64,000 bases of DNA, taken from assembly GCF_964213995.1 (NCBI RefSeq), contig NW_027590175.1, forward strand, positions 682,001-746,000, written 5' to 3'. Position numbers and translations under genes: made by a program. Positions 1 through 13,285 of this stretch are shown one piece after another. This stretch comes from Mustelus asterias (Eukaryota). Within the stretch, counting starts at the first letter, position 1. The number at the start of each line of letters is the position of its first letter. Under the pieces are notes generated by a model that was not told the DNA's origin, ran no database searches, and worked only from the letters and a program-made list of their open reading frames with translations.

Positions 1-473
1 GTTGACTCTTAAATGCCTCTGAAATTACCTAGTTTAGTTAGGGATGGGTAACTTTACAAATGAAGAAAGATTAGAGCAGTTGGGATTGTTTTTTCTTGAC
101 GGGAATGTACAGAGCTGACCTGATCGAGGCATTCAAAATCATAAAGTGTTGATGGAGAGGGTCTGTTCACATTGATAGACGGATTTTGTACCAGAGGGCG
201 CAGATTGAATGTAATTGGCAAAAGAAACATGGAGACACAACGAAAACCGTTTTCATACAGTGACTGAATCAGATCGGGAATGTGATGTTTGAGAGTATGG
301 TGGAGGCAGGATCAATTGATGCAGGATTATTATCTGAAATGAACAAAAGTGCTGGACTGCGAGGTATAGTGTTATTGGATTACTTGCTTCTTTAGAGGGC
401 CAGCACATACACTACGGGCCAAATGGCCTTTTTCTCTGTTATTCTCTAAGTATTCCATGGCTTCTGGCAGGGC

Positions 474-672
474 ATGATGTAGAAATGCCGGTGTTGGACT
501 GGAGTGAACAAGATCAGAAGTCACACGACACCAGGTTATAATCCAACAGGTCAACTTGAAATCACAAGCTTTGGGAGCGCTGCTCTTTCTTCTCCTGACG
601 AACGAGCAGCGCCCCGAAAGCTTGTTATTTCATATCAACCTGTTGGACTATAACCTGGCGTCGTGTGATCTC
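474..672. mobile_element. Palindromic Penelope-derived fragment with hammerhead core
   Basis: Inverted arms ~521-585 and ~604-669; CTGACGA (595-601)...GAAAGCTT (616-623). Confidence 0.65.
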
Positions 673-1069
673 TCATGTTGGCAGGGGAGACAGTGGCATA
701 GTGGTATTATTATTGGGTTGATAATTCCGAGGCCGAGACTATGTTCTCAGGTCGAGTTTCCGTAACGTTGGCCATGAGACTATTGTCCTAAAGAACACAT
801 CTGCTTTGCAAGTGTCCAGTAATGGTAAATCTTCCACCTTTACTCAGTTTGGCCCATACGTGTCTCCCGGCGCACATAACTGCCCTCTGAGTTTGCCTAG
901 AAAGCCAATAAATTCATCCTATTAGAGATTGCCAACAAATGCTGGCCTTGCAAGCGAGGCACACATCCCAGGAAACAAACAGCTAAAATTGTCGTTTTCA
1001 CAACATCGGCAATAGAAAAATGTGTCCACCAGATGGCAGTGAAACCGCGATTGTTGTCACCTTAAGCAA

Positions 1070-1780
1070 ATTATCTCAATTATCATTGCAATGGACTCAG
1101 TCTCTGCTCATCTTGAACTGGACCCAATCTCTGTTTATATGACACTAAATCATTTTTCTGATTATATGACAACAATTTTCAGTTGTTTCAGTACTCTGCA
1201 AAATCCTAGTAATTACTATACTGAACGAAGCCTCAGCTGATACGCAACAACCGTGAATTATATCTCGGCTAATATTATAAAACTCCATATCTCAATTTTT
1301 ACTTCACTAGACCCTTTCTCTCCTGACACTGCAACTGAACATGTTACCGTTTGCTTTAGACGAGACTCGGTCTCAGTTATTACATTGCTAGAACCTGTCA
1401 CGTATGCACTAACATCGAAAATATCTCAATCACTGTTGTACCAGTCCATGTTCCTGTTTATACCGAACAACAACCTGTCTCTGTTATTATTGTCCTGTGT
1501 CATGTTCTTGCACAGTTGCACTTGTCCATGTCAAAACTATTTTAATCTAAGACCTTAGTCTGAAATTACCATATCAGACTTTGTCTCTATTTATATTGCA
1601 CAATGCCTGGAATCAGATAAAACTACATTAAGCCCTGTGTCAGTTTTATGATGCTGGATCACATCACCGTCATTATTGGGCTGGACCACGCCCCTGTTTG
1701 TTTTACACATCTCAGTTATTATTGTACTCGGCACTGCCTACATTTAATTCCTCTTGACTATATTTTTGTTGGTATCACAC
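1070..1780. repeat. Degenerate ~25-bp minisatellite (ctctgtttatattacactagacc); also ~3830-4130 and ~13295-13730
   Basis: Recurring tctctgtttatatta and ctggacc motifs. Confidence 0.65.
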
Positions 1781-1789
1781 TCGCTCATG

Positions 1790-2415
1790 TCTTTGATTTG
1801 AATTGATTTGATTTATTATTGTCACATGTATTAACATACAGTGAAAAATATTGTTTCTTGTGCGCTATACAGACTAAAACATTACCTTCATAAAGAAGGA
1901 AACGAGAGAGTACAGAATGTAGTGTTACAGTCATAGTTAGGGTGTAGAGAAAGGTCAACTTAATGCAAGGTAAGTCCATTCAAATGTCTGACAGCAGCAG
2001 GGAAGAAGCTGTTGTTGAGTTGGTGCGTGACCACAGACTTTTGTATCTTTTTTCCCGAAGGAAGAAGTTGGGAGGGAGAATGTCCGGGGTGTGTGGGGTC
2101 ATTAATTATGCTGGCTGTTTTGCCGAGGCAGCGGGAAGTGTAGACAGAGACAACGGTTGGGAGGCTGGTTTGCGTGATGGATTGGGCTACATTCGCGATC
2201 TTTTGTAGTTGCTTGCGGTATTGGGCAGAGCAGGAGCCATACCAAGCTGTGATACAAACAGAAAGAATGTTTTCCATGTGACAGTTGTAAAAGCTGCTGA
2301 GTGTCATAGCTGACATGCCAAATTTCCTTAGTCTTCTGAGAAAGTAGAGGCGTTGGTGGGCTTTCTTAACTATAATGTCGGCATGGGGTAATCAGGACAG
2401 GTTGCTGGTGATCCA
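1790..2415 (-). mobile_element. Rex1/Babar-like LINE 3' fragment
   Basis: ORF 1960..2316 (CITAWYGSCS...DPTHPGH); (GATTT)n tail. Confidence 0.8.
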
Positions 2416-2474
2416 TCTGGCAGTGTAATAACTGAGACAGAATCTCGCCTGATGCAAACAGTAACATGTTATAA

Positions 2475-3745
2475 ATTGTCCCATTGGTAAGGTGCAGCAT
2501 GGGTTCATGAAGGGCAGGTCATGTTTGACTAATTTGGTGGAATTCTTTGAGAACATTACATGTGCAGTGGACAAGGGGAACCTGTGGATGTGGTGTATCT
2601 GGATTTCCAGAAGGCATTGAGGAGATGCCGCCCCAAAGACTGCTACATAAGATAAAGGTGCACGGTGTTACGGGTAATGTATTAGCATGGATAGATGATT
2701 GGTTAACTAACAAAAAGCAAAGGGTGGGGGTAAATGGGTGTTTTTCTGGTTGGCGATCAGTGACTAGTGGTGTGCCTCAGGGATCAGTGTTGGGACTGCA
2801 ATTGTTTATGATTTACATCGATGATTTGAAGTTGGGGACCAAGTGTAGTGTGTCAAAATTCGCAGATGACACTAAGATGGGTGGAAGAGCAAAGTGTAGA
2901 GGACGCTGAAAGTGTAAATGAGTAGGCGAGCGTCTGGCAGATGGAGTACAATGTTGGTAAATGTGAGGTCGTCCATTTTGATAGGAATAACAGCAAAATG
3001 GACTAGCATTTAAATGGTAAAAAATTGCAACATGCTGCTGTGCAGAGGGACCTGGGTGTCTCAAGGAGTTGGTTTGCAGATGCAGCAGGTAATTAAGACG
3101 GCAAATTGAATTTGCTAGAGGGATGGGGTTTAAAAACAGCGAGGTTATGTTGTAGCTGTGTAAGGTGCTGGTGAGGCCACACTTGGTGTACTGTGTACAG
3201 TTTTGGTCTCCTTACTTGAGAAAGGATATACTGGCACTGGAGGGAGTGAAGAGGAAATTCACTGGTTTGATTCCGGAGTTGAGAGGGTTGGCTTATGAGG
3301 AGAGACTGAATAGACTGGGGCTATACTCATTGGAATTCAGAAGAATGAGGGAAGATCTCATAGAAGCATATAAGATTATGAAGGGAACAGATAAGATAGA
3401 AGCAGGGAAGTTGCTTCCACTGGCGGGTGAAACTAGAACTCGGAGGCGTAGCCTCAAAATAAGGGGAAGCAGATTTAGGACTGAGTTGAAGAGAAACTTC
3501 TTGACACAAAGTGTTGTGAATCTGTGGAACTGCCCGCCCAGTGAAGCAGTTGAGGCTACCTCATTGAATGTTTTTAACGCAAGGATAGATAAAGTTTTGA
3601 TCAGTAAAGGAATTAAGGGTTATGGTGAGCGGGCGGGTAAGTGGAACTGAGCCCACAAAAACATCAGCCATGATCATATTGATTGGCGGAGCAGGTTGGA
3701 TGGCGCCAGATAGCCTCCTCCTGCTCCTCGTTCGTGTGTTCTTAT
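2475..3745 (+). mobile_element. Decayed CR1 ORF2 fragment
   Basis: Frameshifted RT ORFs 2547..2909 ([13 protein letters not shown]) and 3165..3650. Confidence 0.88.
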
Positions 3746-4129
3746 GTTTTTTATGTGCAGTTGCAATATCAGGAGAGACAGGGTCTTGTGAAGTGACAAT
3801 TGAGATATGGAGTTTTACAATCGCCAACATTTCTCCAACCACCTGTCCTTGTCCATGTCTCTGTTTATATTACTTTGGTGCATATCTCAGTTTATATTAT
3901 ACTAGAGCCTGTCTCAGTTGATATTATAGTGGCCATTATCTCTGTTTATATTACAAAACAATGCACGCTATTATTACGCTCGACCCTCTTTCGGCAATTA
4001 CTGAACTGGACCCAATCTCCCTTCATTTTATTACAGGTGCGGTATCAATAACTGCTGCACGCAGTCCTTTCTCTGTATTATTGCACAAAAGCCTGTCCTT
4101 CGTTGATATTAAAACTGACTATGATCACT

Positions 4130-4302
4130 GTATTAGCCATGCTAAATTGCCCCTTACAGTCGAAAGATGTGCAGGTTATTTGTATCGACCATTTTAAATG
4201 CACGGGGTTTAAGGGATCGGACAGAGAGGAGGGCCTAAGTGGAATGCAGACGCAGTGGGCCAGATGGCCTCTTTCAGCACTTTAGGGTTCTATGGATCTA
4301 TG
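4130..4302 (+). mobile_element. HE1-type SINE 3' fragment
   Basis: gccatgctaaattgcccctta...gggccagatggcctctttc. Confidence 0.65.
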
Positions 4303-5609
4303 TCCGTGAAATATCACATCAGTTCTCGCCGTAGATATTTGAGAGCTTACTTATTTGAACTATTCTCTTTTCTAATGACCCACTTTGGAAAAAATGATAA
4401 AAAAAACAAATTACTGCTGTGCTGGAATCTGAAACAAAAACAGAAAATGCTGGAAAATCTCAGCAGGTCTGGAGAAAATTATTTTTTCTTTTAGCAATTT
4501 CTACTCAATTGTCACAGTGATAACCTTCAAATAATTTCGACCCTCTGTGATTGTATGAAAATGCCAATCAGTTCATGTATTTCAATTGAAGATTATTTAA
4601 CGCTGTAACTATTTACCGATAACCATTCTGTGGTGCACCCTTGTTTATAAAGTGATTTCAGATTGTCTATTTCGTTCTCAGTGTTGACATATCTGTCTTT
4701 AGCGATCAGTTGTAAAATGGATTAAATCACATTTATATTGCACCATGCCTGGAATCAGATAAAACTACATTAAGCCCTGTGACAGTTTTATGATGCTGCA
4801 TGCCATCACCGTCACTATTGGGCTGGACCATGCCCCTGTTTGTTTTACACATTATCTCAATTAGTATTGTACTCGGCACTGCCTACATTTAATTCCTCTT
4901 GACTATGTCTTTGTTGATATCACACTAGCTCATGTCTTTGATTTGCTTTGATTTATTATTGTCACATTAACAGACAGTGAAAAGTATTGTTTCTTGCACG
5001 CTATACAGACAGATAATGACGAGCAGATTACTGACAAATGATCATCTAGGCGTTTCACTTACACTTCTGAAATAACACTCAAATGTGTGCTGATTTGTGA
5101 AAATTATGGCAAAAATGAACCTGGGCCTATAACTGACAGGAGATAAATACACCTGTAATTCGCAGACTTCATATCCCTATTGATGAAAAGGATTGAAACA
5201 TCTGCTGCTTTCCAGAGAATGTTCAATATTTCTGTTTAAGAAGTTAATGTTAAAGTTCATTGATTCGTCACAAGTCAGGCTCACATTAACACTGCAATGA
5301 AGTTGCTGTGAAATTCTCCTGTTCGCTTCAATGCACGTAACCAGCACGTCTTTCAAACTGTGGGAGGAAACCCACGCAGACACGGGAGATACTTAACCGT
5401 TACCTTCACCAATTGCATGATCATCACCCTTAATATATTGGACTGATTCGACGCCCTGTGGATTGTACAGTCGAGAAAATCTAATATGAAATGAGTCAAG
5501 ATCAGGTGCATCATAAAGAGAGACCAGGCCTTCTGTAATATACACAGCGGTCGGGGCTGGTGAACATGCACTGCAACGGTTTAAGACGGCAACTCGTCAC
5601 TCATCACAA

Positions 5610-5950
5610 GGGCGGCACGGTAGCACAGTGGTTAGCATTGCTGCTTCACAGCTCCAGGGACCTGGGTTCGATTCCCGGCTTGGGCCTCTGTCTGTGTGGA
5701 GTTTGCACATTCTACTCGTGTCTGTGTGGGTTTCCTCCGGGTGCTCCGGTTTCCTCCCACAGTCCAAAGATGTGCGGGTTAGGTTGATTGGCCATGCTAA
5801 AATTGTCCCTTAGTGTCCTGAGATGCGTAGGTTAGAGGGATTAGCAGGTAAATATGTAGTGGTATGGGAGTCGTGCCTGGGTGGGATTGTGGTCGGTGCA
5901 GACTCGATGGGCCAAATGGCCTCTTTCTGCACTGTAGGGTTTTTATGACT
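5610..5950 (+). mobile_element. HE1-type tRNA-derived SINE (V-SINE)
   Basis: A/B boxes (tagcacagtggttag; ggttcgattcc), V-domain (gtgtggagtttgcac...ccggtttcctcccacagtccaaaga), CR1-like tail. Confidence 0.9.
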
Positions 5951-8647
5951 TCTGTGACCACTTTCTCTGGGGAAATTAGAGATGAACAACGATGCTGACC
6001 ATTCCCAGCGCCGCCCGCAACCCATAAATGATGAATATAGACAGATATGCCAGCGCAATGATACAATAAACTGCCCGTGAGAGTAACATAAACAAATATT
6101 GGAACAAGAAATACCTGCTCTAACATTAGAATAAACAGTAAAGTTATTTGTGTGATCGTTCCAGAAAAAAAAACATTTTGTCTAATTGTAACTGGGAGGA
6201 GTCAAATATACCAAACCAGAGATAGATCCTTATTCAGAACTGATTAGGTAACGTTTTGAACAATAATCGTAAAGAATTAGAGTATTGGAATTTGAATTAC
6301 CCGTTTAGCAGAAACTGCGGGCTTGTGGAAATACTGGTGCTTAACATAAGAAAGCAATGATTCTTAGAGCCTTATCGCAGGTTTCTGAGTCATTGTGAGT
6401 GACCCAGGAATTTGTGTGGCAAACACGGAGTGGAAACACGATTTAAAAAACGCAGAAATGACTGACTCCGCCTGACAAACGACTGATATTCTCAAGGGGA
6501 GGACAATCATGGCAGACTCTAGACATTTTTGATATTTGAGGTGAAAACGGTGAATCTGTCAGAGGAACAGAAAATCATATGTTCTCTCTCATTCTTACCA
6601 TAGTTCGCTACTTACACAGACAGATCAATGTCAGAACCAGCAGCTTGTACAAGCGAGGGTTTAAATATTCAGCTGAGGACATTTGATGACTCAGAAGTTA
6701 AAACATCAAAACCTTATGGGAGCAAAAAATAGTGCAACAAAAATTTAAGGTAATTCTGCTTTTCCGAAACAAGTTCAATCTCGTGTTACTCTGCTCAAAG
6801 CGATGGATTGTAAATAGTAATCAATTTCTGAATGGTCCCTGGCAATTATCCGCATACACACTCAAGTTCCGTCGAAAGACAGGATTAGCACAATACGTCA
6901 GCTGTATAAATATACGATTTTATTCAGTCTCAATAAAGAGCAGGGATAGATAGAGAAAGGATGTTAAAACAATGAAAGGGAGCAAGCTATCATTTCCCGG
7001 CTTCAGAGAACAGAGGGAGCTCAGTGACTGATCCACTGAACATCCGGTTACGTCCTGGAATGGAAGCTCTGAACAGATCACAACAGGCTTATTTGTAAAT
7101 GTCACTACAATGTGATCTGTGTGACTCTGCCCTGACTCTGTAGACAGATATAGGCCGCATTGCCAGATGTTGTCACCAGATTGTGGTCCCTGGATTTATT
7201 TTCTGCTCAGACGTGAGATGTGCGGTTTGGAACCGGCAGCATAGAAACAGGAAGTTGTATTACCTGAGAATAGAACAGGCGGCGTCAGTTTGATGTTATC
7301 ACCGTGAACAGTCTTCTGGCCTGTGAGGGTGACTTCGCTCTGACAGCATCAAAAGCAACCACAAATATTGCTGCCAGTCTCAGCATGACATTCACCTCCA
7401 TTCCCAGTTTAAACAAAAACAGAAATAACAATATTTGGGTGTTAACGCATCAACTGAAAGGACATAATGATTGGGAGAAAAGAGGGCAAATTCAACCAAC
7501 GATTTGGCCCACAGAGGTATTCTAAAATAGAAAGTTTTAAGTGTGTTTGGTGTTTTGTGAGAGAAAGCGAGGCGACAGATTAAGTGTGTGAAGTAATCTG
7601 TTTCTAGCACTGAATTTTCCTCTGATGAGATTTTTGTGATTTATCTTTTCAGGCACAAAGTCTCTTTAGTTGCCTCCCGCAGCCCAAAGAGGTGCAGCTT
7701 AAGTGGATTGGTCATGCTAAATTGCCCCTCAGTGTCTATTTGCAGTGCAACTTTGCACGTTTGTTTTTGTTCCTCAATTTCTTTTGAATAAGAGAATATT
7801 ACGGGAATCACCCGTCTTTCAACAAAATATTACGCACAATACGAGAACAATTAGATATTTTACACAGCACCTCACAACTCGACGCATATTCCTCCAACCA
7901 AAAATAATTGTCCCTTTCACCCACAGACCCATTTTTTAAAGGTAATATCCATCTATTCACCGAGCTCGCTCTGTCTCTCTATCAGGGGCTTTTTATCGTA
8001 AAGTAAGAACTGACACTGTCTGATTCATTATCGGAGGAGTGAACCTGAGGAATGCTCCACAATAGAAGGCTATTGATGTCAATTGACTGAATATAAACAA
8101 GAAAGAGATAGTCTGTTTGGATTTTAATGTTATGATGGGCTGTGGGCAGAAATCAGGAATGTGGCCTTGAGATAGAGGATGAGCCATGATCATGTTGAAT
8201 GGAGGCGCTGGCTCGAAGGACCCAGTGGCCCACTCCTGTTCACATTTTATAAGTTCCTATGTTTACCCTGTCTGTCCCACATGTCTCTCCAGTTCCACAG
8301 TTCCTCTGAAATAGTAGAAAGAGCCATTCAGCTATATCAAGCCTGCTGTAGAAAGTCAAACAATAATAAAACCGACTAGAGGGCAGGTTTTCATAAAGGT
8401 GGTTCACAACCACCTTCTCAAGACGGGCTTTTAATGCTGACTTTGTCAGTGATGTCGAGATCCAGGGAATGAGCAAAACAGTGCAAAGTACTACAGATTT
8501 CGCAAAACTAAAAAACAACAAAAATGCAACTCAGCACGTCAGTCGGCATTTGCAGAGAGAGAGAAGCAGATTCACATTTCGGGTTGATGACCGGGTACAC
8601 AGTCTCACTGATATAATTCTAAAAAGCAGGACAAATTTGTTTGACAC

Positions 8648-11252
8648 TAGTTTAAACTAGTATGGCAGGGGGGTGAGGATCAAAATATTAGGTCTACAGG
8701 TGTGGAGGCTGGGGACGAGCTTGGGGCTGGGACAAGGCTGGCAAAGAAGAAGAGCACTCTGGGGGAGGACGACCTCACTGGGCCTGGAGGTCTGGAGTGC
8801 TTATACTTCAATGCAAGGAGCGTAGCAGGTAAGACAGACGAACTTGGGGCCTTAATGCGCACGAGGAATGTGGATGTGGTTGCGGTGACAGAGACTTGGT
8901 TGAAAGAGGGACAGGACTGGCAGCTGAATATTCCGGGGTACAAGTGTTTTAGGCGAGACAGAGGAGGGGCCAAAAGAGGTGGGGGAGTAGCGGTATTAGT
9001 TGGAGAGCATATTACAGCGGTGCAGAGGGAGGACAATTCAGAGGGGTCGTGTAACGAGTCACTCTGGGTGGAGCTTAGAAACAGGAAAGGCGCAGTCACT
9101 ATGTTGGGGGTGTACTACAGGCCCCCCAACAGCCCAAGGGAAGTGGAAGAATGGATATGTCAGGAGATACTGGATAGTTGCAGGAAAAATAGGGTTGTTG
9201 TAGTGGGAGACTTCAATTTCCCTGGTATAGACTGGAAATCGCTGAGGGCAGGGACTCTGGATGGGGAGGAATTTGTAAAATGTGTACAGGAGGCTTCGTT
9301 GGAACAATATGTAGACAGTCCGACTAGAGAGGGGGCTATACTGGACCTGGTACTGGGGAATGAGCCCGGTCAGGTCTTCAAAGTTTCGGTAGGGGAACAT
9401 GTGGCAAATAGTGACCACAATTCTGTTAGCTTTAGGATAGTGATGGAAAAGGATGAGTGGTGTCCCAAAGGTAAGGTGTTGGATTGGGGGAAGGCTAACT
9501 TTAGTGGGATCAGGCAGAAATTGGCAGTTCTTGATTGGGAGAGGCTGTTTGAGGGAAAATCCACATCTGGTATGTGGCAGTCTTTTAAGGAACGGTTGTT
9601 AGGGCTACAGGACAAGCATGTGCCTGTAAAAAAGAAGGATAGGAAGGGTAGGATTAGAGAACCGTGGATAACCAGGGAAATTGAGGGACTGGTCAAAAAG
9701 AAAAGAGAGGCGTATGTTAGGTCCAAGCAGCTAAAAACGGAGGGAGCTCTGGAGGAGTACAAAGAAAGTAGGAAAGTACTCAAACGGGGAATTAGAAGAG
9801 CAAAAAGGGGTCACGAAATGTTCTTGGCAGACAGGATTAAGGAGAATCCCAAGGCATTTTATTCATACGTTAGGAACAAAAGGGTTGTTAGGGAAAAAAT
9901 CGGACCTCTCAGGGACAAAAGTGGGGCCTTATGCTTGGAGCCCAAAGAAGTAGGGGAGATCCTAAATAAATACTTTGCGTCGGTATTCACAAAGGAGAGG
10001 GATGTGTTGACTGGGAGTGTCTCGGAGGGGAGTGTTGAACCGTTGGAGAAAATCTCCATTACAAAGGAGGAAGTGTTAGGTTTGTTAGAGAATATAAAGA
10101 CTGACAAATCCCCAGGGCCTGATGGAATCTATCCAAGGCTGCTCAGGGAGACGAGAGGTGAAATTGTTGGGCCTCTGACGCAAATCTTTGTCTCGTCACT
10201 GGACGCAGGTGAGGTCCCAGAGGATTGGAGGATAGCTAATGTGGTCCCGTTATTTAAGAAGGGTTGGAAGGATAACCCGGGTAATTATAGGCCGGTGAGC
10301 TTGACGTCCGTGGTGGGGAAGTTGTTGGAGAAAATTCTTAGAGATAGGATGTATGCGCATTTAGAAAGGAATAAACTCATTAACGATAGTCAGCATGGTT
10401 TTGTGAGAGGGAGGTCATGCCTCACTAACCTGGTGGTGTTTTTTGAAGAAGTGACCAGAATGGTTGACGAAGGAAGGGCCGTGGATGTTGTCTATATGGA
10501 CTTTAGTAAAGCGTTTGACAAAGTCCCTCATGGTAGGCTAGTGAAAAAGGTTGGATCTCATGGGATAAAGGGGGAGGTGGCTAGATGGGTGGAGAACTGG
10601 CTTGGTCATAGAAGACAGAGGGTGGTAGTGGAAGGGTCTTTTTCCGGCTGGAGGCCTGTGACTAGTGGTGTTCCGCAGGGCTCTGTATTGGGACCTCTGC
10701 TGTTTGTGATTTATATAAATGATCTGGAAGAAGGAGTAACTGGGGTGATCAGTAAGTTTGCGGTCGATCATCTTGCTGGTGCCAGTACAGAGCGAAACTG
10801 CGGATAGTTGGGAACCTGTCTCGGGGGCAGGGAATTCAGATGGTGTTCGTAAAGCAGAAGTGGAAATGAATAGGTTTGGGAAGCATTTTCTGACCAGGGC
10901 CAGTGTGATCTCCTGGACTCGTTTCGATCGCCTCAGGGGTTCGGAGAGGAATTTCCCAGATTTTTCTTTCCCCATATTGGCCCTGGGGTTTTCACTCTGG
11001 GTTTTCGCCTCTCCCTGGAGATCACATGGTCTGGAATGGGGGGGTGGGGGTGAGTTAATAGGTTGTGATGAACAAAGCATCGTAGCTGTGAGGGACAGCT
11101 CGGTGGATAGGATATTAGGATGTAGATAGGCTGGAAAATTGGGCGGGGATCCTGGATTCAGGATTCAATCCTGGACCGGGTAGCGGCGCGGGCTTGGAGG
11201 GCCGAAGGGCCTGTTCCTGTGCTGTATTGTTCTTTGTTCTTTGTTCTTGTTC
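8648..11252 (+). mobile_element. Chimeric CR1 element: ORF2 5' part, foreign segment, CR1 3' tail
   Basis: ORF 8702.. encodes APE and RT up to SKFA (~10763), then unrelated sequence, then the same tail as at 15241-15312 (ggccgaagggcctgttcctgtgctgtattgttctttgttc). Confidence 0.85.
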
Positions 11253-11900
11253 TATTTCCCCAGTATCCTGAACCAATATTCATTCTTCAACAAAAATTAC
11301 AAATTCACTGGTCATTTATCACATCTCGGACTGTGGGAGCTTGCTATATACAAATTAAGTGCTGAATTTTCAAAATTACAGTCGTGCGTAAATTCAGCAT
11401 AAGTACATCGGTGTGCCTTAAGTGCTTTGGGCCGATTTGAGTTCGGGAAAACAAGTTTTATATATGCAAGCTATTTCCAAATGTTAACATTTAAAAATGC
11501 AAGTTTGAAGTATTGAAACCTCTGAGTTTAATGCACTTATTGTCACGCATTCTCTTCATATTTTAATTTACTTCGTTTTAGTAAATAAAATCGTCAATTA
11601 AATTGAAATCTTGTGGGATACCAGATCGTTCAAAAATGCTTTATTGATTGTGACATCAGAGCATTCACAGCTAATTCTTAATTGGAATGCAGTTTTATTT
11701 GAATTAAACAGCATCTGGTGTAATGGATCTTCAAGAAGTTTCCATTCATTTTGAACCAACTGCTAATCTTCTTAAAATAAACTGCTATTTTGAGTTGCAA
11801 ATGATCAATAAGTGACTGCTTATCTGATTTTGCTGCCATGTGAGGTTTTTATGTAAATAAACACAGAAATAGAAATCCCCGATTAGAATGTGGGGTGACA

Positions 11901-12531
11901 AAAACACAACAAAAGTTTCGCCACTAAAACGGCACAGAAATAGAGACAAACAATTAAACGAGAAAAACGTCATTATTAGATCTATGTTTAGAATTAGGGA
12001 AGATTCTATCTCATCTAGAAGTATAATGACAATTATATTTTGTTTGTGGAGATTTTCTGTGTTTCACCTCTGTGCCTTTCTCCTGTCTGAAAGCTCTGAT
12101 GACACATTCAATAAAGCATCTTTGAACAGTCTGGTATCCCACTGGATGTCAACTTAATTGACGATTTTATCTACGTAAATGAAGCAAATTAAAACACGAG
12201 GCAGAGGAGTGACTATAATTGCAGAAAGTTCAGAGCTTTCAAAATATCATTTTCAAGTGTTAACATTTGGAAACAAATCAATCAACGGATTCCAGAAGTG
12301 ATTGTCTTTGGACATTGTTTTCTTCATCAGTTATATGAGAAAAACACAACAAAAATTTCGCCACCAAAATGGCACAGAAATAGAGAGAAACAATTAAACG
12401 AGAAAAACGTCATTATTATATCTATGTTCAGAATTAGGGAAGATTCCCTCTAATCTAGAAATATAATGACACAGCAATTTTGTTTGTCGAGATTTCCTGT
12501 GTTTCATCTCTCTCTCTGTCTTTCTCCTGTC
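11901..12531. repeat. ~190-bp direct duplication
   Basis: 11901-12088 versus 12341-12531. Confidence 0.9.
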
Positions 12532-12649
12532 TGGTTCTGTGTCTTGTCTCTCCATGATCGGTCATTATCTTCACTCTACAATATAAAGTCAATGTCTACC
12601 CAATGTATTCTTTCACCTGAGTCATCGGCCTCCAAAAAGATGTAATTTA

Positions 12650-13285
12650 GTGATTTGGAACCCATAGAGGGAGCATTCTTCTCAATGATCTCTTGAGCAT
12701 TCAATGACCTTGGAGTGTTTGATAAGACGGTAGCTGACATTTCCATTTGTATCTCATCTGGGCAGTAAATAATGATGATGACGTTATGTGGCAGTACCGA
12801 AGGAACTTACCCTGTATCTAAACCGTGCCGTCGCAACCCTTGGAGTAATTGATCGGGCAGTGTAGGGGAATGTTTACTTTCCATCTAACCTTCCCTGCAG
12901 CTTCTCTGCGAATATTTGATATAATTGTGTAACGGGAGATTTAATCTGTATTTAATCACTGTTGTACCTGATCTGCGTTTGTATAGTGGGATAGTGTAGA
13001 GGGGGCATTACCCTGTACCTACCATCAGTGCAAACCTGCCTTGAAACTCTCTGAAGGAAGAGTGCAAAGGACGTTTACCTAGTCTAGAGCTCCTGGTCTG
13101 CATACCTTCACTATGTTTGAGTTTCTTACCAGTCCACGTGCTCCAAATCTGTTTGATGGGACAGTGTAGAGTGAGCTTCACTTTGTGTATAACCAGTGCT
13201 GCACCTGCCCTGGGAGTGTTTAATGTGGCAATGTAGAGGGAGCCTTACATTCTTTACCTAACATCTTGGAACTGTTTGATCAGGC
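12650..13285. repeat. Degenerate ~65-bp satellite (gggagtgtttgatgggacagtgtagagggagctttac...)
   Basis: Recurring gtgtttgat/gtgtagaggg/tgtatctaa motifs. Confidence 0.75.

Noticed and set aside
7100-7390. Minus-strand stretch reading MLRLAAIFVVAF / CQSEVTLT…GDNIKLT / AAYIC, suggestive of a decayed V gene
   Set aside because: Needs frameshifts, lacks the first Cys and WxR, is too short for a V domain and has no convincing RSS. A translated search against Ig/TCR V sets would be needed.
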